Positions 11,491 through 20,200 of a stretch of DNA of 64,000 nucleotides are shown here, in pieces (the first letter of the stretch is position 1; each line of letters starts with the position of its first letter). Location of the stretch: positions 4,092,001 to 4,156,000 of the forward strand of contig JBLDXI010000003.1 of NCBI GenBank assembly GCA_047495785.1, in the 5' to 3' direction. Below the pieces are notes generated by a model, which did not search any database, was not told where the DNA came from, and saw only the letters and a list, made by a program, of their open reading frames with translations. Origin of the DNA: Lepidodermella squamata. Taxonomy: Eukaryota > Animalia > Gastrotricha. Position numbers and translations under genes: made by a program.

Positions 11491-13323
11491 TTATTCAGAC
11501 ATTAGTTTATCGAATAGCTTCGGGCTACCAGGCCAAATAAGTGTCAACTCGGCAAGTCGTGACGGCCACTGCTTGAAATGCTTCCGGCGCATGTTGCTGT
11601 CAAGGTGGCGGAAAAGCGTTGCAGGGAAAACGAGGGCTGCTTCTAGAGCATGGATTTTCATCAAAGCTTGATAGAATTCTTCCATTAAAGCGGATGCTCG
11701 AAATAGTCCTCGATCGGTAGTTGCGAGACCTGAGCAGAGGCTAGGAATGATGTGAAGGGCGACAGGATTTAACTCTAAACATGGACGTATCCGGCATGCT
11801 TTCGCAAGTAATTCTTCCAAATGGCCCAAGTTTTGTTTTGAAAATTTCTTCGAGGCGGTTATCCTGTCAGCCGAGAGCTTGATCATGCTGAGAGCGGAAA
11901 GATTTGCGGCTGAATCTTTCCGATCCATTTCGCACAGGCGGCATCTGCATTCGAAGCCAAATTTCTCTCGCAGCGACTTTTCCCTTGTCTGGAAGTCTTC
12001 GAAAGGTGTACAGTAGTCCCACAAGAGTTGTTCGCCTTTTCGAACTTTGCGAGTTACGCGGACAAATAAAAAGCGGCCGATGAAAGTTCGGCAGCAATTT
12101 GTGTCTACGCAGCTGTGATTTATATAGCTCGGCATTATCCAAAGTCCACAGCCATAGTTTCCTTTGTTATTAGCAATATACGTCTCCATTGAAAGAGAAT
12201 TGTGGTTGACGATAGCAGCTAGGGTTTCAGCGCCTTCATCCGTAAAGGGATCTCTGCTTTTCGACTCGATTTTCGCGCCACAATATAGCTTATAGAACTC
12301 CTCGGATATATCTGGTCGAGCGTCCAATTTTTCTATTACCGCTACAAGAAAATCTGCTGACTGACTCTCATCACACGCAGAGTGAGGCTGAGGGAAATAG
12401 TTGAAAGCTCGCTCTGCTATTACCAAAGTCCCAGGTTCAATATCGGTTGTTGCGACTAGGCCTCGCCCATAACCATCAATTTCCTCGATTTGAAGCATAT
12501 TGCTTGCAAAGTAGTTGGCATGGTTGCTCAGCATAGGATCGCTTTTAGCCTCGTCGATCATTTTCATTTCATCGAAATCTCCAGTAGTTGATTCTTTCAA
12601 GCCTCGCTCAGCCTGAGCCAAGAAAAGCTTTTCAAAACCTGGCTTCCCGCAGACGAGTTCGATACATTCTTGGTATCGATCAAGTTTCATCAGCGAGCTA
12701 GCTTTCCGCAATAGAAGCTTTGGATTGCTAGGATCGATTTCCAGCCCTATTTCAGCATCTTTCAAAGCTTGAATTGGTCGGTCCATTGCAAGGAAAGCCG
12801 CTGATTTGTTCACCAAGATTTTTACTATGGCGTCGTTGTCAGAATTTCCAGCTAGCTGTTGAGCTCTTTCGAAACAGGCTATCGCCAACTCGAATTCACT
12901 TGTTTTGTAGAAGCCAACGCCGAGTGAGTTGAAGTTGATTGCATCAATAGATCTATGCCATTCTATTCCTTCTAGAAATTTGTGATCGTCCGGAAGAATT
13001 ACGATGTCTCTGGTAGATAGGCTAGCTTTAATAGCCATAGAACTGCCGATAGGTTCGATGCAGGGATTTAAAATCATCGCTTTGGCCCCAGGCTGGATTT
13101 TCTCAAAAAATCGACCTTTTAAATCAGTGATGACCAATCGAAATACGACGTTGCCATTCGCGTCATCAACAAGAGTTGCGACTTGAAGAGGCTTGAAAGG
13201 ATTCCTTGATCGCACTACAACACCAATGAATCTGACAATCAGCGATTTTTGAATAAAACTGAACCCTCTGGCTTGATAGCCGAGGTTTGCAATGCTCTGC
13301 AAGTCGATGCTAGTGCTCTCCAT
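11491..13323 (-). CDS. TPR + SET domain protein, copy 5 (R422), terminal copy next to unique sequence
   Basis: Same 610-aa ORF. Its ATG lies 152 bp downstream of the stop of secreted gene A. Confidence 0.9.
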   Translation of the reverse strand: MESTSIDLQSIANLGYQARGFSFIQKSLIVRFIGVVVRSRNPFKPLQVATLVDDANGNVVFRLVITDLKGRFFEKIQPGAKAMILNPCIEPIGSSMAIKASLSTRDIVILPDDHKFLEGIEWHRSIDAINFNSLGVGFYKTSEFELAIACFERAQQLAGNSDNDAIVKILVNKSAAFLAMDRPIQALKDAEIGLEIDPSNPKLLLRKASSLMKLDRYQECIELVCGKPGFEKLFLAQAERGLKESTTGDFDEMKMIDEAKSDPMLSNHANYFASNMLQIEEIDGYGRGLVATTDIEPGTLVIAERAFNYFPQPHSACDESQSADFLVAVIEKLDARPDISEEFYKLYCGAKIESKSRDPFTDEGAETLAAIVNHNSLSMETYIANNKGNYGCGLWIMPSYINHSCVDTNCCRTFIGRFLFVRVTRKVRKGEQLLWDYCTPFEDFQTREKSLREKFGFECRCRLCEMDRKDSAANLSALSMIKLSADRITASKKFSKQNLGHLEELLAKACRIRPCLELNPVALHIIPSLCSGLATTDRGLFRASALMEEFYQALMKIHALEAALVFPATLFRHLDSNMRRKHFKQWPSRLAELTLIWPGSPKLFDKLMSE

Positions 13324-13475
13324 TTTTTCAAATGTAAATTGAAGTGGCGAGTCGCGCTGCTTTTACACGCAACTGGCGTGACTCATCTTACAAAATACGT
13401 CCAAAATGAATAATATACTCATTGATAAAGCACACGTTATTCTGTTTATTTCCCAAAGATAAGAAGGAATAATTC

Positions 13476-14229
13476 CTAGGAAATCTGCTCTGCTGAGCAC
13501 TTTGCCCATATCATTCCTTTTTGGGTCACTTCGGTTAGACTTGATGCAGAAATTGCCAAGCAGCATTGCTGGAAAGTATTTGCAGATTCGAATGTCTTGT
13601 TTTAGAAGAACAAATTTCCCAAATTCAATTGAAGAGAAGAAATTCAAGAATTTATTACCTCAGATGCATTAGCGACCGCCAACGGAAAATTGATGCAGGA
13701 ACGAGGGGAGCCACTTGCCACATAAGGACCGGGTGTTTTATTGACGAAGCAAACGCCCTGAACAGCATTGTCTTTTCCAGCCATTCTAATCATATTGTAA
13801 TTTAGCACGTCTTTACTTTGAACTTTCAAGCTAGCACAACAAGCGTCGAAGCTCACAAACTGTCCAACAGGCCCCTTCTATAAACATAGAGAGGAGGGGT
13901 ATTAGGATTTTTGTAAAATTTCCTAAAGCAAGGATCTCACCAGGTCGGCATCTATACCAGTGCAATTGCCACTTGTAGTGCAGAACGAAAATGACCCTAC
14001 GAATAGTTGCGGCGATGAAGTAAAGCTGCACGTTTGAAACTGCGTTCATCTCAATTAAATAGGCTGCGGCATAAGTTGGAAACAATTATTTTACCGATCC
14101 CGCTGCTGTGGTGTCCGCCGCCGGGGGCATCTTCCCGCTTCCACTCATGTCTCCCCCGAGACAAGCATCCGACGAACGTGAAAGCAAGGTTAAACTGAAG
14201 AACGTTATTACAAGAACCTGACTTGCCAT
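13476..14229 (-). CDS. Secreted cysteine-rich protein A, 4 exons, 190 aa, unknown family
   Basis: Exons 14229-14095, 14039-13941, 13877-13659, 13595-13476, all phase-0 GT-AG. Protein MASQVLVITFFSLTLLSRSSDACLGG...FQTCSFTSSPQLFVGSFSFCTTSGNCTGID...SFDACC...QGVCFVN...SCINFP...TFQQCCLAIS...MIWAKCSAEQIS*. Signal-peptide-like N-terminus; AATAAA at 13445-13450. Confidence 0.85.
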
Positions 14230-14502
14230 TTGTTGAAATTGTTCAAAAACGTAATTTTGAAAATCTGAGGGCTCTCATTATCGTGGGTGCGCCTTTTCAT
14301 TATTTGTAAGCAACTGAGACAAAGGGCAAGGAACAAAGCAACGACGTGGAACCTCGCCGACTCGTTTATGAGTGGGCAGCTCGAATAAATTCCCAGCATC
14401 AACAACAATCGCACTTTACCTTTGATGACTCACTGATTTTTTCTTATTTTCTCGATTAAGCTATAATAAATGCAGTTGGAATTAATTCCTGAAGGAAAGG
14501 CG

Positions 14503-15248
14503 TTACAATTGAAGGGTAGCGGCCGATTTTTCTTCAGCTTTACTACATTTCGACCACACCATTCCATTTTGCTGCACTTCAGAAAGCTGCGTTGCTGAAA
14601 TCGCCGAACAGCATTGCTGAAATGTCGTTGCTCTGTCGACGGCCTATATATTATAGCGCAAATCAAAATTTTCGCGAATATTCATAGCAAAATACCTCTG
14701 AAGCGTTAAGAAGAGCATGAGGGAAATTGACACAAGCCAATGGCGAACCTGACGCCAGGTAATTGCCCGGGGCGTTGTTAAGAAAGCATATTCCTTGAGA
14801 TGAAGACGAGCCCGCAAGTTTGATCATGTTGTAGTCGATCACGTAACTCGGTACCGGCTTCAAGCCATCGCAGCAAGCATCGAAACTTGTGAAAACTACC
14901 GGTCCAGGTTGCTGAAATCAATCGCAGTTTCCCAAGTTTCAGTTATATTTGTAAAATTACTACCGTGACTTCAATTTTATCCACGTCGATGCCGTCGCAT
15001 TTTCCACCCGAGGTGCAGAACGAGAAAAATTCTGAGAATAAGTTGGGCGTGTTTTGAATGCTACATTGCTGAAACTAAAATTTGAGCGATAATTTTTTGA
15101 ATAAATTTTAAACTTTGAATGGTGTTCTTACCGAGCCATAGGATGGACAGGCTGTACCATTGCCGCCTGTACTGCTTGAGCCGATGCAACTGAATGTAAG
15201 CCTTAAAATGGTAAAAGGAATAGCGAGGGTGAAAACGAAATATTTCAT
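14503..15248 (-). CDS. Secreted cysteine-rich protein B, 4 exons, 194 aa, paralog of A
   Basis: Exons 15248-15132, 15074-14964, 14911-14696, 14643-14503, with the same intron positions and phase as gene A. Protein MKYFVFTLAIPFTILRLTFSCIG...FQQCSIQNTPNLFSEFFSFCTSGGKCDGID...SFDACC...QGICFLN...ACVNFP...TFQQCCSAIS...MVWSKC...*. Confidence 0.85.
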
Positions 15249-15581
15249 TTTTTTTCAGGTATATGATACTTCATCACACGGTATTTTCAATTGGTATAAC
15301 ATATAGGCACGCACGCTATATGTTAGTTCAAAATGTTGTACCTTTACGGTATTTATTTGCACAGCCTTAACTATGCAGATGTAATGGAAGACTAATTCGC
15401 GGTTTTTTTTAGGATAATTGAGTTGCATTGTGGGAGGGTTTTTACTTCGATTTCACGCCTATGGAGTAATAGTATTCAACTTTTGAGGCACTTGTTGATA
15501 ATACACTAATGCATGCGGTCATTTCGATTATAATTGCACCTAGTTTTACTCTGAGTAAACAGAGTACAGCAGCCCCTGACA

Positions 15582-16748
15582 ATGGAGAAGTTCACAAATC
15601 TGGTTGCATGTTTGTTGGTCATCTGGACATTGTACGCAACGTGTCAGCAATCAGCTGAGAAATGTTCGGAAATCTTCTCAGACATTCATATATCGTCAAA
15701 TAACCAGCCAGCAACTGGATACTATGAAAAATGTCTGCAATTTGCGTCGCTAAGCTTTCGGATTTTCAGTATAGTTGTCGATAGCTCCTGCAACGTACCA
15801 TCGCCCGCCTTAAATCGCGAGTGTTCCCGCCTCCGAGCCACTGGGTATAAATTCAAGGCCTGCCGCGATGGCGGTGTCGATTGCGATCCTGATCTACCTC
15901 AACATTATTTTCAGACACTTTGCTCCATAGTCTCAACTGTAGCGAGGACTCCGAACATTTGCAGAGATCGTCGCAGATTTCAATTGCTGCAAAATTATTC
16001 GAGTCTTGCTAAGGATGCATGCAATGATATTTGTCTATCAAAAACCCCAGGCCTGTTACGGAGAAGAAGATCTTGGATCTTCACGACACCGTCTTATCAG
16101 ATAAATAATTGCGAAAACGAACTTTTGCCTGCGATGAATTCAGCTGTTGACCTGATTGGATATTGGTACTGTCCTAATTTCAATGGCCAACTCAACAGAC
16201 TTTGCATGGCAACTGGCCGCAATATTTTGGTCGATTTCTCGAACATTGACATGCCAGTACCATATTTGGGCCTTCAATACGTTACATGCCGCTTACATCC
16301 AGCAATGAATAGCAGCGCTGGCAATATGATGCTCCTTAATTTATTTCAGCTGACTTGTTTTACGATCCTCAACTCAATTAAGCCGATCAACAACGCCGCC
16401 ATATCAAAAATTTGCTCTTCAAATGGAACAGTGATCAATCCACATACTACTACAACCCCGGTCGGGCCAGTTCCTGTTACTACGTTACCTATGAGAACTT
16501 ACCCATTGCCTGATTTAACAGGGAATAATTATTGCGAAATTCCAGCGTTGCCCTTAAATGCGAGGTTCGATTTCATTTCCAACCTTTGCGATAACAGAAT
16601 GCGGACGTGTGAATGGTTGGGTTCACTTAGGATAACTTGTGATCAGGGCTATCAACCAATCCCTGCATCTCGTAAGCTTCAAATTTACTGCATTAGTGCC
16701 AGTGATGGTTCGTTGAAGTGGGACTCGGCTTGGCCAGCATGTCAATAA
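15582..16748 (+). CDS. Secreted Cys-rich protein with Thr/Pro linker and C-terminal Sushi/CCP-like domain, 388 aa, single exon
   Basis: Hydrophobic N-terminus, many Cys, basic cleavage-like sites (RDRRR, RRRR). The C-terminal CEIPALPLNA...ITCDQGY...YC...WDSAWPAC fits the Sushi C-C-C-W-C pattern. Confidence 0.75.
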   Translation: MEKFTNLVACLLVIWTLYATCQQSAEKCSEIFSDIHISSNNQPATGYYEKCLQFASLSFRIFSIVVDSSCNVPSPALNRECSRLRATGYKFKACRDGGVDCDPDLPQHYFQTLCSIVSTVARTPNICRDRRRFQLLQNYSSLAKDACNDICLSKTPGLLRRRRSWIFTTPSYQINNCENELLPAMNSAVDLIGYWYCPNFNGQLNRLCMATGRNILVDFSNIDMPVPYLGLQYVTCRLHPAMNSSAGNMMLLNLFQLTCFTILNSIKPINNAAISKICSSNGTVINPHTTTTPVGPVPVTTLPMRTYPLPDLTGNNYCEIPALPLNARFDFISNLCDNRMRTCEWLGSLRITCDQGYQPIPASRKLQIYCISASDGSLKWDSAWPACQ

Positions 16749-17206
16749 AAACGCAAAAATCGCAAAAAACATTTTACTTTTATTTTGTTTCGGCAAGATA
16801 AAAAAAGAGATAAATGGCACAAATATTTCTCATAATAAAATGAAATTATTTACAATCGGCTACAATTTGAAATAAACAGCAATTTTTTTCGGCGTCATCA
16901 TTTTCATCCCCCATCAGACTTTCGCGGTCGCAACGCACTAGATCGAACCCCGAACAAGCTATTTACACACGGCTGGCCTAGATTTTGAACCTCATTATAT
17001 ATTATCATAAATTTTCGATTTTTGAGAAAAATAGATTTGAGTCACAACGCAATGTGCTTAAAATGCGGCTGTTTTAAGGGTGCGACAAGCCACGACGATC
17101 TTAAAGTTTTTTTTTAGAAAGCACAAAAAGACGGCACCCAGCTTAAAATGCTAACCTACTACGACTAAAAAAACAGCCTTAGAGACAAAGAAGCAATTTT
17201 CTTTCC

Positions 17207-20200
17207 TTATACTTTCACAGCACTAAATGCGATGTTAAAGCCTCGATGTGTTTGCCGTCCGGTTGATCTCGAATAAAAGGCGATGGCTACCCGCCGGCCG
17301 GTGGTTGTGAACACGGCCTTTGGATCAGTCGGCCGTGGGGTACCGCAGAGGGTGGCGATGAGGGTGTCAGGCGAGTTCGTTTGCGAGTCATGATCGTCGT
17401 AAATTTGCAAATGATCACCTGTACAATCAGCGCTCCACGCAAGGTCAAAGTCCAATAAAGTCAATCTAAACACAAAAAATTTGAGATTTTTTTAACAAAA
17501 GAATGGGCTATTAATTATACCTGACACCGGTAAAACCAAGAGGAGCTTCGATCTGCCAGAAACACGAGTCCTGGCTTGGATACGGTAGTGATCTGTCATA
17601 GCCAGGGCTCATGATGGTACCCTGCATTGTTGATACATAGACGAACGACTGGCCATTACACCGAGCCGCTGTGCTGCTCGTCGTAGTCCGCGGCTGGGTG
17701 GGCGGCATTGTCGGCGGTGGGGTAGGCGCTTCGGTCGATGGCGGTTCAGTTTCAGTCTGAGTGGTCGTCGGCCGTGGGGTTCTCCTCGTGGTTGTAGTAC
17801 TAGTAGTACGCGGCGCTTCAGTTGTCCTAACCTGCTCTGTAGTCACATCTCGCGGCTGCAAATTGCCGCCTTGATTCCTCGGCGTTGTTGGCGCAAGAAT
17901 AGCGACGATTTGTTGCCATTGCGTCAGGTCCCAGTACATGTCTTGGTTGACGAGCGGGCTGTTGGCGAGCAGTGCTGCGGTTTCGGCATCGACCGGTACG
18001 TAAGGATTGCCGGGGATGCAAAAGCCCATGCCTTGGTGCATGACGCATCGATAATTTGGCGGGCAGGGATTGGCACGCTGGCAAGACGATGGTGTAGCTA
18101 CAAAACAGACAATTAAAATCACATCAAAATCATCATTGAAAGAATCACTCACTTGGCGGTAAAGTTCTGTCATAAGGCGATCTTGTTGATGAGGCAATGA
18201 TCGGCAGCCTCCTGACAATTGACTCGTCAGGACTCTCCATATCCTCCATTGGGGCAATCGGACCCTCTGTAAACACAAAAAAATCAATTAATGGCTCGTA
18301 AAAGCGAGAATTTTCACTGACCATTCGGTGATAGAACTTTGACTATTGCGTGGAAGTAAGCTTCTGGTTTCGTTGTACTGGTAATGAATGTGATTAGGAC
18401 GTTCGGGCCTGTTGATACGATGGTGTCTGGAATCCAAGTTCCGCAAACTCTAAGCAGCCGCTTATCGTTAGCTGAAGGCCCGTCGTAGACAGCCAACGCA
18501 TCAGCTCGACACTGAGCGCTGCCGTGAAGCATGAAATCGACGAAAGTAATTTGTATCCGAGTGTCCTATTTTTAGAATTTTACGATTAAACTCTCAAAGC
18601 CGTGGGAAAAAACTAACGATTGGCGATGAAATAAGCCAGTTACATTGGTCGGTTTTCGCTACTGTTGAAGTGCCAATTCTCTCCATTTGGCCGCGATTCA
18701 ATTGAAGAACAAAGTAACGACCTTCGCAACGACCGTCTGTTGTTGGCTCGATGTCATTTCCAGCTTTAGGCGTTGTAGTAACATTAATTCGCCGTTGCGT
18801 AACGAAATCTTCGCTTGTAGCTGGAAAAATCAGGGAAAATTCTTTAAATTCTTTCCTAAAAGCTGAAACAACTTACGAGTAAATGAATAGTAGGCAGCGA
18901 AGCCTTTAGAATTAGTCGCAAGATCACGAGAAATGAATCGGATCGCGAGATAACGACTGCTGCTCGTAATCGGGCCCGGGACTTCATTTCTAGATCCGCC
19001 ACACAGCAGGGCTATCCTCGACGCCTGCTCATTAGGGCCGTCGAAAATCTCCATGTAGTCATTCGGGCAAGACCTGTCTATCCCAGTCGTGCCAACGTTG
19101 AACGTTCGGAAGGCTAAGCGAACTCTTTGCAACGGTGTTGCCGCGGCTATTGTCCAGTAGCATTGGTCGTTTGTCGCGTAAGCTCCGGCGTCAAAGCCGG
19201 GTGAGAAAATTAATCCATTATTGTCATAAAGGAACGAGCGACGGCCAGCACACCGGCTACCACTCGCAGTTCCGACGGGCAACGACCGGTCAGCTAGTAC
19301 CGAGCTGGTACCGTCGAGTTGTTCGTAACGGATGCTGAAGCCAGTCGCCGAAATTCGGCTGTTTGTTTTGAACTTAAGGTAGGCAACACTTTTTGACAGA
19401 ACGATCGGGTCGAGATTTCGGCGACCGCATAGCGAGGCGACAATCGGCGCGGCTTCATCCGGGCCGTCGTAGACCAGAAGAGCATCACCCGACTGGCTGC
19501 AGTCCATGTTAGACTGAGCTACGTCGAACGCTTCGAAAATGAGGCGAACTTTGGTATTTTTCGAGCCGATAATTTGCCAATAGCACAAGTCAGTGTTTGG
19601 ATAATCGGCGATGCCGTAACGCGGCGAGCGGATGTAGCCTTGAATTGCGGTTAAAATGGTCGTTTGACCTCCGCAACGCTCAGTTGATGAGCTGTTAGTT
19701 AATTGAAGCTCATTGCCAAGTCCGCCGGGAATAAAATCTCGCAGTTCGTTGTCGGTTCCATCGCCTATCGCTGCATTATCACCGGCTTCCCAACGATCTA
19801 AAATGAGAAATTAATATAATTTTTGATCAGTTAATTCTGTGAAAAATAAACTTACGGACGAAGTTGTAATGAAATCGGAAACCAGGCTCTTGGACTGTTC
19901 CATCCGAAGAAAATTTGATGAACATTTCCGATCCGGTTGAGATGATATTTGGCGGAGGCGCCGAGCCGCAGTAACTGCCAAGCTGGGCCGAATTCGTACT
20001 ACTTCCGTCGTAAACGATGACTTTATCATTGGTGCACAAGTAACTGTCTTCCAATTTGAAATTTTCGGACGAAATCCTACAATTAAATCGATTTAATGAG
20101 GAAAAATGACTATAATGAATTGACGCTAACCTGATTCGAGCAGACGATGGAGCAATAATTTTCCTAATTCAAATTGAAACAATTATTTCGAGCGAACTAG

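Larger units (their letters stand above)
1..13789. repeat. Head-to-tail tandem array, 2594-bp unit (full units 820-3413, 3414-6007, 6008-8601, 8602-11195, 11196-13789; partial 1-819, continues off the left edge)
   Basis: The sequence at 1 recurs at 2595, 5189, 7783, 10377 and 12971, and every ORF recurs at +2594. Identity ends after ...ccattctaa at 13789 (tcatattg follows instead of cgcatgta). I found only five variable sites by eye. Confidence 0.98.

Noticed and set aside
1-13789. Array as CRISPR, rDNA, satellite or transposon
   Set aside because: The unit is a protein-coding genomic segment with no spacers, rRNA similarity, terminal repeats or transposase/RT motifs.
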